A stretch of 64,000 nucleotides of DNA from assembly GCA_900088475.1 (NCBI GenBank), contig FLMG01000120.1:11456-75455 (forward strand), written 5' to 3'. Source of the DNA: Hyphochytrium catenoides (taxonomy: Eukaryota > Protista > Hyphochytriomycota). Below the pieces are notes generated by a model, which saw nothing but the letters and a program-made list of their open reading frames with translations, ran no database searches and had not been told where the DNA came from. Position numbers and translations under genes: made by a program. This document shows, piece by piece, positions 12,869 to 24,388 of the stretch. Positions within the stretch are counted from its first letter, which is position 1. Each line of letters opens with the position of its first letter.

Positions 12869-13675
12869 TTATGAGGAGGATAAAGTACGAGAAGGTACCG
12901 CCGAGGCTTCGGGCAAAGGTCCTGGCCACTCCTCAGAAGTTGCCGGAAGCTCGACAACGGCAACATCTATAATCACCAGTGGCTCCCTCATGGAAGGAAG
13001 GTCCTGCATTCGGACGGCTTCCTGGGTGACTGGAGGAGGAGCCAATGTGCAGCCCTTACCCAGCGCTCCCGTTTGGGTCGAAAGCTGCAGAAGAGTGCAG
13101 GGCTGACAACAGCAGGAGAATACACAGTCGAGGCAGGAAGAGCCATATATTCTAAGCTCCCGCCTAACCTCGGTCCGGAGTGAGGTGAGAAGGCTGAGGT
13201 TTATAAGAGTGGCAGGGACCAGCAGGAAGAGGAAGGTTGGGTCAAGAGCTGTAATTGGTCCCTGGCCGACCATCTCTCCTCCATTCTTTAGGTACACAGA
13301 GTAGCTTGCGGAGACATGCGCCTCATGGTAGAAGCTCCAAAGAGAGGTGGCCAGGAGATAGTAGCCAACCACTTTCGGAATGTAGACCAACAGAAAATAA
13401 GCTGAAAGAGCGGCTGCGAAGCCTCTGAAGCCCATTCTGGCAGTGATTTGAGCGTACGTGAAGCCAGGACAAAGCCATGTCCACACGCAGCTCCGTCGCG
13501 CCGCCTTACTCCAGCCCCAGAAGAGGCGACTCCGCCAACCTCCTTTTGCCGGTATGTCAAAGCCGTGCTCATCGACTGGCCAAATGACCTTGCGGCGCAG
13601 CGGCTGAAGAACTTCCGATGACGATGATGTGCACACGACCACAGCAGGCGCTGGACTATCCCTGTCCCCAGACAT
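12869..13675 (-). CDS. PLAC8-family (DUF614) Cys-rich membrane protein, intronless
   Basis: GGWRSRLFWGW..CVWTWLCPGFTYAQITARMG...LRTEVRRELRIYGSSCLDCVFSCCCQPCTLLQL. First ATG at 13673-13675. Confidence 0.85.
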   Translation of the reverse strand: MSGDRDSPAPAVVVCTSSSSEVLQPLRRKVIWPVDEHGFDIPAKGGWRSRLFWGWSKAARRSCVWTWLCPGFTYAQITARMGFRGFAAALSAYFLLVYIPKVVGYYLLATSLWSFYHEAHVSASYSVYLKNGGEMVGQGPITALDPTFLFLLVPATLINLSLLTSLRTEVRRELRIYGSSCLDCVFSCCCQPCTLLQLSTQTGALGKGCTLAPPPVTQEAVRMQDLPSMREPLVIIDVAVVELPATSEEWPGPLPEASAVPSRTLSSS

Positions 13676-14256
13676 TAATCTATGCTTCGCTCCTGTGACT
13701 CCTGCTTTACTCCTCACGCACAGCAGTCGTCCTCGCAGCCAGCGGCAAATAAATACTTTCTGCGGTCACTGCCCTTGTTACACTTGCTCTCTCCTGGGAC
13801 CGACGATCTTCTGCTGGCTGGGTGGATGCGCGTGAATTATTCTGCCTATCTACTCTTCTCCTATGAAGCTTCTCAGAGAAGATAGAGGCGAAGCATGACA
13901 GCCGTGAGACAGGACACAGGGGAAGGAGAAGGTAAGTGTGTGTGTGAGAGAAGAGAGAAGAGAGGAGAGAGGGAGAGAGAGACAGACGGAGAGATTAGAT
14001 GTAATCAGATGCTGATGCAGACGACCCGGATCTTCTGAAAGAGCACGATTAGGTCCTGACAGGCCACACCAGCCTACTCTTCAGTGTCACTCGCTTGAGA
14101 CGAGCGAGTTAGGGAAAATGGACGGATTCCTGGGTCGGGCTGCAGAGAGAGAGGATAGAGAAGAGTGAGTGACTTCTGGGAGATGTAGGTGGATAGCGAA
14201 TGGGTGATGACGCGAGACAGACGATGGAAGAACGCGATGGGAGAGACGATCGAGTG

Positions 14257-14260
<4 letters not shown>

Positions 14261-14311
<51 letters not shown>
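14261..14311. repeat. (GA)n microsatellite
   Basis: About 25 perfect AG units. Confidence 0.95.
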
Positions 14312-14315
<4 letters not shown>

Positions 14316-14818
14316 AAGAGCGATCAAAGGACATTGGGGCCACCTGCGGTCTCCCATATCTGTACGAACCCCACATGACGTGCGCTGTTGTAGTACGAAT
14401 ACAGCTCTGTCGTTCGGAGATACAGACCCCAACCAAGAGGACCACTCAACCTTCAAAAGCCAATCCGTAGAATGACACTTCACGAGGTCCCTTGATAGAG
14501 GTTATCTGTGGCTTCCTCCCTCCAAACCGGCAGCGGCTGTGTGGTCCTTTCGTATCTCTCACTCATCACTCTGAAATGATAGTTTGCGGCAGCTGAGGAG
14601 GCAGCTCAGAAGTGCAAGGAGAGAAGCTTTAGGGATTCAAGACTCCCAGTTCATAGCCAGCGTCGGGCGGGCGGCGGCAGCAACACTATTGGAGGGCACT
14701 TTCGCGGAAGTGAAGTCCATTCTCAGCAGCTCTTCAGGAGGCCAACACTGGCTGTTCAAAAGTAGCTCTCATAGCAGCAGAAATTTGCCGCCTGGGCTTA
14801 GGTTATCGTTGTATAGCG

Positions 14819-15823
14819 ATGGTCACCGCGGAGTCCCTGCATCTCCGTACTCCGCTGGTTATCAGCCCAACACTATCTCAAGAACTAGGCCGAGATGTCT
14901 TCCTGAAGCTTGAGAATCTCCAGCCTAGCGGCTCCTTCAAAATGAGAGGCATTGGCTTCATGTGTTCGCGGGCCAAGGCTCGAGGATGCACGACATTGGT
15001 TAGTAGCAGCGGAGGCAATGCAGGTGCCGCCGTTGCGGTAGCTGGGCAGCGGCTAGGGATGAAAGCGGTTGTTATCGTACCGCAAACGACCCCTGAGTTT
15101 ATGCGGCAGAGATTAGTAACGTTAGGCGCTGAGGTTGTTGTCCATGGATCTGTTTGGGATGAAGCCGACCTTTTGGCCAAGGAGAAAGCGTCAAGTCCCT
15201 CTACCGCGTACATCCCACCCTTTGACCATGCGGATATTTGGACTGGTCACGCTAGCATGATCACTGAGCTGCAGGAGGATCTACAAGCGCGTCTAGGTGC
15301 CGAGGAGACTGCGGTTCCAGCAGCAGTCATTGTGGCAGTCGGGGGCGGTGGATTGCTATGCGGAGTTTGTGAAGGGATGGAGGAGGTTGGTTGGCAGACA
15401 GTCCCAGTAATTGCGGCCGAAACGGAGGGAGCAGCAAGCTTCGCAGCTGCTTTGAACGCTGGCACCTTAGTCACAATCCCAGGCATCAACTCCATTTCTA
15501 AGTCTTTAGGTGCCACGCGTGTAGCGGCAAAGTGTCTGGACTATGTGAATCGCCGCCCCATCTTCTCACAGACGGTGACGGACCAAGAGGCCATGGAAGC
15601 TTGTTATCACTTTGCAGTCGAACATCGAATGCTTGTGGAGCCTGCTTGTGGTACAGCGGTTGCGGTGGTTCGATCGAAAGCAAAGGCCCTGCAAAAACAC
15701 CTCTCGGGTCCAGGGCCTGTTGTAGTGGTGATTTGCGGTGGGAATATGATGAGTCCAGCGCTTTTGGCTTCGTTGATGAGCTCCACAGGAGCAAATGGTG
15801 TTGACGTGGTAGCGTCTTCATAG
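14819..15823 (+). CDS. SDS: L-serine/L-threonine ammonia-lyase (SDS/CHA1-type, PLP fold II), intronless
   Basis: LHLRTPL, FLKLENLQPSGSFKMRGIG (PLP lysine), SSSGGNAG, YIPPFDHADIWTGH, AVGGGGLLCG, LVEPACG, VVICGG. Confidence 0.95.
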   Translation: MVTAESLHLRTPLVISPTLSQELGRDVFLKLENLQPSGSFKMRGIGFMCSRAKARGCTTLVSSSGGNAGAAVAVAGQRLGMKAVVIVPQTTPEFMRQRLVTLGAEVVVHGSVWDEADLLAKEKASSPSTAYIPPFDHADIWTGHASMITELQEDLQARLGAEETAVPAAVIVAVGGGGLLCGVCEGMEEVGWQTVPVIAAETEGAASFAAALNAGTLVTIPGINSISKSLGATRVAAKCLDYVNRRPIFSQTVTDQEAMEACYHFAVEHRMLVEPACGTAVAVVRSKAKALQKHLSGPGPVVVVICGGNMMSPALLASLMSSTGANGVDVVASS

Positions 15824-16076
15824 GCTGGGTGCTGGCAACTGTGCAGTCCCTGATTATAAGTGTCGGGCCGGCCTTTAGTGCGTCCTCGGGGTGGTCTTAT
15901 AGAGGCAGTAACAGCGATTGAGCCTCGAGATAGACTCGTACCATTACCAGTTATGGAGCATATTTATGGTCACTCCTATAGCGGAAGTGTCACTAGTATT
16001 AAACTTACATCTTAGAAGCGCCTGCCCCTCCCGTGGAGCGCTCAACCATCTGGGCTTAGTAGTTCAAGGCATTTCC

Positions 16077-16514
16077 TACGCCACTTGAGGAGAAATGTTG
16101 CCATCCCTAGTCTTACTAGTCCTAGTGTCTCCTACCCCAGTTGGTTTCAAACTGTTGTCCTTCAGATATAGGTAGGCATCATACGTGGCTATCGTAAGCT
16201 TGGTGGATTGTCTGTTTACCTCCCCATACCGGCGATCGTGCATGAGGAACCACTTTGGTTAGGCGAAAGCGCCGCTTCTGGATATCGAACTCTCCCGCAA
16301 AGTCCCGGGAGTTCTTCCGCGTCCGGCTCCAGCTTGCCGCCAATGGCGCCGCTGGAGGAGGAAGAGCTGCCCTGAGGTTCCGCTCACCCAGCCCGCGGGC
16401 CGGCCGAAGAGTGAAGAGTAACACCAGCACCACCACAATAACGGTAGTAGAGGCGCTAACGGATAGTGCTGTGGTTCTGACCCTCGTGAGGAATCTGTAC
16501 CGGGGTAAGCCCAT
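16077..16514 (-). CDS. Putative small single-pass (type II) membrane protein, head-to-head with CEP89
   Basis: ATG-initiated MGLPRYRFLTRVRTTALSVSASTTVIVVVLVLLFTLRP (basic N-terminus then hydrophobic helix). Plausible GT-AG intron at ~16162-16229 leads to a short last exon. No recognisable domain. Confidence 0.3.
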
Positions 16515-16584
16515 TGTTTACATCCACTGTCCCCTGTAGGCAAGCTGTGAGCATTGAGGACAGCCAAACGCCATGACAGGCAGC

Positions 16585-16620
16585 GACACAGCGGCAGACA
16601 CAGCGGCAGACACAGCGGCA
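16585..16620. repeat. 3x 12-bp tandem repeat GACACAGCGGCA
   Basis: Read directly upstream of the CEP89 start. Confidence 0.85.
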
Positions 16621-16856
16621 GCAGCGGCGGCCGAGGAAGGAAAGCGATAGGGAAAGAAAGCGTCAAACCTTGGTCAGGAGGCGAGCCGGCTCCCGCTCTG
16701 TCAGCTATAGAGACAGTATTTGGCTTGGGAAGGACCTTCAAGAATGGCACGCCGCGAGGAGGAGCAGCCGTAACCAGCGTCTCTGGGAAAGAGGGAAAAG
16801 CTCTGCAGCGTCTCTCCGTTCAACTTTGTCTTCTTAGGCTTCGGACATTTATAAGG

Positions 16857-19800
16857 ATGATCAGTGAGGCTGAAGTCTCTAGTCAACTGCCCATGGACGC
16901 TTTTGAGGCAAAGAAGGCCTCCTATGAGCCACCGCATGACGGGCTGTTAGGAAGTCATGAAGCCGAATACTTACGCCAAATTGGTTCCCTACAAGCCGAG
17001 AATGAGTTTTTGAAAGGTAGCCAACATAAGGAAGAAGATTATGCACCTCCTTCTCCTCCTAAATCTCTCTTCTCTAGAATATGCACAAAGGCTTCAGGGG
17101 GAGCTTCGGCGGTCCCAGCTGCAGGGTCAGTCCAGGAAGCAGGCTGGGGTGTCCGGACCAGAAGCTGATTCCAAAAGTCCAAGTTTAGGCCTCACGAAAG
17201 ACCCCGTCACGGATGTTGATCAGGCTGATGGCGCTGTCAGACCATGGTTCCAGAGCGCAGATTTTATGAATCCTCTTCTCTTCGCCTATGATGCCCGGAT
17301 CTCAGAGCTGGTAACACGAAGTTGCAATGGTCTTCGCTCTTTGATGCTCAACCCCTGACTGCCATGCTTTTCTTATAGGAGGATGCTTGTCTGAAAGCAC
17401 AAATTGATACCAAGTCCCAGGCCGTCAGAGTGGAGCAGCTTATCAAGCAGAACGAGCAGCTTAGGCGGTAGGTGCATGACTCTATGGACGGAGAGATGCA
17501 CCTCTGACATTTTCATTAGAGAGTTAAAGGAAAGCCTTGAAAAGAGCGTCAAGGCGGATGGGGCTGGAGCGCTAACTTCAAAGCTCGAAGCTGACCCTCA
17601 GCTTGGCAACCTGGAGGTCTCAGATCTGAATGAGCGACTGAATGTTCTGTTAATGGTAGGAAAGTAGCGCTAGACGTAAGGCAACTAGCACGTCTCAGAG
17701 GCACTAACTCTTGGATTAGGAGAATAACCTGTTGTTGGAGCAAATTGCAGCCCATGAGACGGAGGAGGAGAACATGCGGAAGGAGCTGGAGGAGCGAGAG
17801 GGACAGCTAATCAGAATGGCTCAGAACGTTGATCAGGTAACGTGGGCAGTACACGCTCAAGCACAAATAAGAACAGCACTAAGGATGTGATTCACAGGCT
17901 GCAATGAGCCTCCAGCAGATGCGGACGACTCATGAGGCTGCGCTTAGAGACAAGCAACAATGCGAACAGAAGCTGCAGGAGCTTTGCTTGACTCAGGCGT
18001 CTCTTGAGGTCGAGCGTGACCGCCTGAGGGAGTCAGTGGAGGCGGAGAAGAAGAAGGCTCAGACTCTGAAGGTTCGCTAATTCAGACTGTGCCTAATCGT
18101 GACAGACACCTTCTTATGCCCTTGGCTCTTTCCTGCAGATTGAGCTAGAGGATTTGGAGGAGAACACCAAGCAGCTGCGCCAACAACAAGAGAGTGAGAT
18201 GGCGGTGGCGCTGGAGCATCAAAGGGTTCTCTCCCGGAAACTGTGTGAGCAAAAGTCTCAGTTGCTTCTAAGGGACAAGGAAGTCCAAGATCTCAAGGTA
18301 CATCCCATCGCCGCATGTTTGGGAAGGGATCAGACGCTGACAAGGAGGGTATCGTTGTGCTTTAGGGCTATGTACAGCAGCTCTCAAGTCAGTCTTCAGA
18401 AGCTAAGCGCGACTGTCAAAACATGCTGAAAATGCTATCTGAGCTGCAGTGTCAAGTAGAAGAGAAGACTGCCGCCGAACAGCGACAGATGAAGGTAATC
18501 TAAGCTAGACTTGGCCGCTCTCAATCGTGCGATATTCAAACTTGCTTTCCAGAGTATCCGAACGTTAGAAGAGAAGCTGCAGGAGTGCAGGCTTGAGAGA
18601 GATCAGGTAGATTCAGCTCTTTTTCTGGTATCTTGAACGCTATCGAGTCTAAGCACTCTACTAGCTTCGAAGCGCGGAGAATCACCTCAGAGCCTCAATT
18701 TCAGGGCTTGTCGCGGAGAGAGAGAAGGAAATAGCCGAAGTTGGAGAAAGAGCGCGCCTAGCTTGTGAAGAGTCCATCAAAAGGTAAAGCACGATGGATC
18801 TCCAAAGTCTTTAGGCAAAGAACCAAGTTTTACTTTTCCCTTCTTATCTTTCGCAGCCTGTCACAAGTCATCGCGCAGCGAGATGAAGAGGTGCAAACGC
18901 TGACTTTACAGCTTTCCAAGGTCAAGACAGAACTGGTAAGCCAGAAGAACACTTATCATTTGTACAATGTCGGAAAAGCTAAGCGATAATTGACATGCTA
19001 GGAGAAGGCAACGAGGCAGATGAAGGCGCTAGAGGGCGAGCAAAAGCTGGCGTACGAGACGCTTCAAAAGGAAAGGGAGCACGCTAAGGTTCATTTCCTG
19101 GAGTTATCCCAGCGCATCGCCTCCGCAGAAGAAGAGCGAGACGCGGTAGGGTGTCACAACTTCATCATCTGTCATTTGTCTTCTTCTTCTAAGGTAGGGG
19201 CTCCCCAGGCTCAAGCTGAGGAGAAGCGAACCGCGGTAGAGTTTGCAGAGAAAGAGGCGGAAGTAGAGAGGATAAGAGCGGAGATGGCAAACAACCAGCG
19301 AAAAATGCAGGTAGGACAGACCGACACACCATTGAGACCAAAGGTGTATACCAGGACTGACCGAAGTCCTGGGCTGCTATCAGACGGAGCTTTTGGGTCG
19401 CGAGACTGAAGTGGAGCTCAGAAGGACAGAGATTCGACAGCTGCAGGCCGAAAAGGTTAGATAAGATTGAAAGGCGAACAGTGCATAAAGGTGTTCATCT
19501 TGTTGAGCTGCGCTAGGAACATCGGGAAAGGGAGCTTGAGGAGTTGAAGCTGCAGCTCCAACAGGGCAGGGACCAGTCACAGGCATCCTTGGCTTCTCTG
19601 CAGCTGGAGTCCAAATCAAAGATAAGCGATTTGACACAGCGACTCTCAGCAGCTGAACATAGCTTAGAAGCGGTAAGCCTTAACACATCGCCCGAAGGCT
19701 TCATAATACGTCCTCTCCCTCCTGACAGGACGACGTGTAGGCCCAGGACCGAGCTCTCCATCTGCAAAGCCTAAATAAGAAAACGATTGAAAGCTTGAAG

Positions 19801-20618
19801 GCCGACATGGAGCAAGTGGTGCAGGAGCTGCAGCAATCACTCGCCAACATGAGGGAGGAATGCAGTCGACTTAATCATCGAAACCAGGAGCTTTTGTCCC
19901 GTATCAGCTCTCTGACAGAGGAGTTAAGTTTTCACGAGCGAGAGCTTGCCGATGCAGAGGCAACCATTCAGGAGCAAGGGCAACAGCTAGCAAACCAAGA
20001 GGCCCGTGCGGTGCGTAGCCATCTCTCTCTCTCTCTCCAGATCTCCTCTTTCTTATGAACCTCTTTGTGGCTCCTCTCTTTGTCTTTCTCCCCCATTAGG
20101 TGGACCTCTCGACACAGCTAGGCGTTGCTTTCCATCGGCAACAGGAACTAGTGAGCAAAGAGCAGAGTGTTCAGGCTGCGCTGGACACTGAGAAGCTTAA
20201 CCGAACTAGGGTGGAGAAAGAGCTAGAGGTGGGGCAATAGTTAGAGATTGTACAGAGACATTGATTAACGGAAGATATATCCATACACGCAGACCACTAG
20301 GACAGCGCTTGAGGAGACCCGCCGGAGTCTGATAGCCGCGCGAGCGCCATCTCACGTTGGGCTTGGAGGTAAGGAGGAAGTGGAGAGAGCCTTCATGAAG
20401 GATTGAGCAAGAATCGAAGGCCATCTGAGCTGATTTCTTGGTCATCGAATGCAGGCGTCCCTGGAAGGTTAAACAGCTTCAATGACTTTTCAATAAGACA
20501 GCCCGAGCCGAGTCTTACACTCCTCACATCGGCGGGGCCCGACGGACATCAGAGCTTCTCAATGCCCAGCTCTCTCCCACCACTCCTTCCTCTAAGTACG
20601 GTCCCCACAGCAGTGTGA
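16857..20618 (+). CDS. CEP89: CEP89/CCDC123-like centriolar distal appendage coiled-coil protein, many short exons
   Basis: Spliced VRPWFQSADFMNPLLFAYDARISEL...RVEQLIKQNEQLRREL...VLLMENNLLLEQ parallels the conserved CEP89 block as recalled (PPWL....YLSPLLLAYED...RVQEVVKENEELHQEL...LVLEENKLLLEQ). The rest is heptad coiled coil. The stop is at 20406 or 20618 depending on the last intron. Confidence 0.72.
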
Positions 20619-20733
20619 GGTCTATATAGAAGCATCGTGAATAATAGATCATTGGGTTCCATGAGTGTAAAACCTTTGTCTCGGGTCCCTTCAGTTCGCC
20701 TTCGCCTTCTGCGCTGGCTCCTTCATACGGCGC

Positions 20734-22056
20734 TCAGCGCGCTGAGTCCGTCCTAAGTTTTGTTATGAGTCCTCTTGCGATCATCTCATTAAGGAGGTCC
20801 TCGCCGCTGTCTTGCGTGCTGCCCGCCTCTCCTGCACTGAATGCTGCTTGTGCTTCTTCCATGCTGACGATGACCGGTGCGTTCTCATAGTCTCCTCGCC
20901 CCAATAGAGCCGCGGTAAAACCAGTCACCTCAAGGTCAAAGCGGTCCTTTAGGAATCTAGAGAAGCTTGCCGCAGTTTTCTTTAATCGGGGATTGAGAGT
21001 CTGGCTAGCTTCAGCGTTTGAGGAATCCAAGATCTCATAAAGAGATGAAAAGCACTGACGAAGAAAGTTTTCTTGCGAGAGTTCGTCTCGGAAAAAATCA
21101 TCAGTGACTTGCTTGAGTTGCGCCTGCACCACCTGGAAGAAGCCCAAATAGAGTTGTGGATGCCGCAGCACTGCCTCATCACTGTTGCATAGCACATGTA
21201 TCATTACTTTCCACTGCTGCAGAGACGGCAGAGAAGAAAGCAGCAAGAAGGTCACGAAAGCCAGCTGGAGCTCTCCCAGGAGCTCTCCATAGCTCCCTTT
21301 ATACACTTCTGTCAATAGGTGCTCCAGCTTATCGCTCATGTCTCGATGCAGAGCCGTAATATCTGCCGCAGAAAGCGGGCGAACGCCACAACTTTCCTGT
21401 GCCTTTAATGCCCAGGAAGTAAACTGAACCGTGCGTGGTAGATTGGAAAAGAAAGGAACAACATTTTGTGGGCTCTCTGTCACTCCCTGCTGCCTCGTGG
21501 GTCGTACTCCACCGCCAGTGCTCACCTCTTCACTATCCCCAGGAAGTAGCTTCATCCCAAGCTCTACGCCACAGCGCTGGAGGACTGTGAGGGAGACGCA
21601 GCTGGACAGCTCCCGCCAGGCAAACAAATCCTCAAGTGGATACGGGCCCAGTCTGCTGTCAAACTGATAGCCTCTCACAGCCGCTGCCAGTCGTTCATAG
21701 TCGACAGGCATCATGCCACCCGCCAAGTAACCAGGACGGCCATCCGGCAAGGGACTGCTGCTGTGAGGTTTGAAATCTTCTTCTTGTGGATCCCAGCGCC
21801 GCACAAGCACTTCGCCGGCGTTAAGCTTCAAAAAGAAGCCCTGACGCAGCGAGTGTTCTCCGGTGCTATAGAAGACGAAGTGTAATCCCGGCGGGACCAT
21901 CTTAACGCCCTGAAAAAGCGGCCCAGTGCGGAAAGCTCGATAATCTACCCCGAACTCTATGTTCTGAGGCACATCCAGGCAGAGGATGTACGCACCGGCG
22001 TTCACGAGATTCTTCGCTTCATCAGGTGTCACATTGAGCTGCTCCGGCAGTGACAT
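20734..22056 (-). CDS. AAR2: AAR2 (U5 snRNP assembly factor), intronless
   Basis: LDVPQNIEFGVDYRAFRTGPLFQGVKMVPPGLHFVFYS, RQGFF, VRRWDPQEE, FDSRLGPYP, ELLGELQLAFVTFL, QWKVMIHVLCNS, DFFRDELSQENFL. Confidence 0.95.
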   Translation of the reverse strand: MSLPEQLNVTPDEAKNLVNAGAYILCLDVPQNIEFGVDYRAFRTGPLFQGVKMVPPGLHFVFYSTGEHSLRQGFFLKLNAGEVLVRRWDPQEEDFKPHSSSPLPDGRPGYLAGGMMPVDYERLAAAVRGYQFDSRLGPYPLEDLFAWRELSSCVSLTVLQRCGVELGMKLLPGDSEEVSTGGGVRPTRQQGVTESPQNVVPFFSNLPRTVQFTSWALKAQESCGVRPLSAADITALHRDMSDKLEHLLTEVYKGSYGELLGELQLAFVTFLLLSSLPSLQQWKVMIHVLCNSDEAVLRHPQLYLGFFQVVQAQLKQVTDDFFRDELSQENFLRQCFSSLYEILDSSNAEASQTLNPRLKKTAASFSRFLKDRFDLEVTGFTAALLGRGDYENAPVIVSMEEAQAAFSAGEAGSTQDSGEDLLNEMIARGLITKLRTDSAR

Positions 22057-24388
22057 TATTTTGACTGGGCTCTTGGGCTCACTTAAGAGCCGTCTATGGA
22101 CGCTGCGTAGCTGTCAGCAAGAGGGAAAAGAAAAGCTACCTCGTCCACATGAAGAAAATCGCTAGACCTTTCTTATGTCTAGGCTGAGCGAAGGGTCTGG
22201 ATACCAGCTCCGAGCGCCAACAACCTCTGCATTGCTCCTCATTAGCTGCCCTAACCTAGAGGGCGAGGCTGACAAACTTCCGGCGGGCTGTCAAGATGAC
22301 TGGACCTCCAGACTCCAGACAGACTCCAGACAGAACCTCAGGCATTCTGAAGCTCGAAGCCTACTGGAAGTCTTGGAAATCTTTCTTCGGAGGCTTCAAG
22401 GCTTCAGAAGCTTCGTCCGGCGCTGTGCGCTGTGGAGGGAGAAGAAACACCAGGATCTGACAGCATCAGAATCTCCGTTGTAGTTGTATTTGTAGTTCCT
22501 ACCTTATAAGGCAGGCTCGTGCTATTATCAGCAACGGCGCTCGCCGTAGCTATGCCCGTTAGCGGTCTTTAAAGCGTCGCAGCTTCCAATGTGCACAGAT
22601 GATGATGGAGCTCAATGGTGAGGAAGTTCCTATATAACTATGGCTAATGAACAACTGCAAGACAGACAACAGACTCTTTCTCCTTCTTCCCCTAATGATC
22701 CTGCCATCACTGGCATCATGACGCCGTCCCATGCGTAGTTCCATATAGTTAGTAAGAGCGCAAGGAGGGGCCACAGCGACGCATTAAAGGTTACGAGGGA
22801 ACTGAGGAGAAAGAGAAGAAAAGCAGAGAGACTAGAGCGTCGTGAAGAGGCTGTGCTTGTCCAGCAGCAGTAGACGAATCAGTCCGTCTTGTCATCTTTC
22901 TTCGACCATTACCCTGATAGATAGATGATACAGCGTACGACGGGCAATCCTTGTCGACCAAAGCCTGGATGATGTCCATCATCATCACGACTCAAGCGCC
23001 ACACATGTCCTCTGAGAGACGGCTGGTACAACGCCACTACCTTTTACTGCTGCTGCTTCTTTCATTTCTGCCTCTAATAAACCTTTGCAATCAAGCTGCT
23101 GATAGGACGCAAGCCTTTTCCCACTAGCACTACGCCTGTCATCCTTCTTTTCTTTCAGTGCTCCAGCTCGCTCATCCTATGCAGAGAGCAGCAGCAGCAA
23201 GCACTGAGAGTTGTCTTCTTCGTCCGACTACACTTTTGTACTACTCTCCTGCACTCCTTCCTCAAGCATGCGCGCGGCTGCTGCCTGTCGCCACGCTTCC
23301 TCCGATCCTACTCCTTCTACTTCCATGAATGAGGGATGCTGGATGCCCATGTAGTATCAGCACAACACCCTAACAAGCTAGACATGCCGTTATCCTGGCG
23401 TCACCTCTGCTGCTTCTTCCTTTCCCTTCATCCTCCAGGCCCTGGCGTTAGCAACAGCTGTGCCTGGACTTTCCACTCCTTCTAGCTCCTCTTCGTCTGT
23501 ATGTAGCTTCTCCTTAGGCCTCCTGCTGCCTGTCGCTGCTGCTGATCATAATCTGACTGGAGGGTGGTCACACAACAGATGAGCGCCTCCTATCAACACT
23601 TGCAGTATTCCCTGACGTTAGCGGCTCTTCAGAACACCTTTCAGATGGAAGGGCAGTAGTTGAAGTCGTGCCAGCAGGACCAGGACGACCTTGCCTCCGT
23701 TCTCCTCCTCCTCCTTCCTCCATCGTCTCTCTCTCTCTTCCTCCTCTAGCAGCTTGCGTTCTTGGGACTAGGCCGCCTCTCATGCACGCCAGCATTACAC
23801 CGCCATCCTCTTCTTCATCTCTGTGAGCAGCTCATCTCCCTCATGGAGCATGGAGGCCGAGAGCTGAGGGGAAGGGAAGGAGGACCGGGGCAACGAAGGG
23901 GAAGCTGAGGGAGGAGGGATTGGACGAACGGGAGATGCGCAGCAGAGATTGACAGAAGAGAAAGTAGAGACATGATGGTTTCCACTCGGAACGCCAGAGC
24001 ATGAGCGGCAGCAGTTCTATTGGAGAAAAAGAGAGCGATTGATTACGTGCTGCTCAGCCCCGGCCCTTGCCTAGAGACAGATAGACGCCTGCAGAGTGAC
24101 GCAAACTTCTCGGTCTTGTTCACGAAGTGTGCTAGCACCTCACCCTCTACGAGCTCTAAGTGTCTCCTCGGTTTGGCGCTCTACTGAGGACATGGTGCTC
24201 TCTCTTTCTCTCTCCTTCCTTTCACTCTCTATCTGTCACTTTCTCTCTCACACCACTCTATAAATCCCGCTATGATCGGTGCCGACAGGCCGCTGGGCCT
24301 GTGGGGCTGAACCTCACAGTATCCAGCACAAGCTTTCGTCTACCCAGTAGGGTAATCAGCCAAGTAATCATCCCTTACCCCAGGGACG

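Noticed and set aside
3184-15823. Amino-acid pathway cluster (aspartate kinase + Ser/Thr dehydratase)
   Set aside because: About 9.6 kb apart with unrelated genes between, and SDS is the catabolic type. Likely coincidence.
22500-23900. Coding-like purine-rich minus-strand stretch ending near a TTATAA (22504); possible pseudogene
   Set aside because: Stops in all frames and no recognisable motif, so no product call can be supported.
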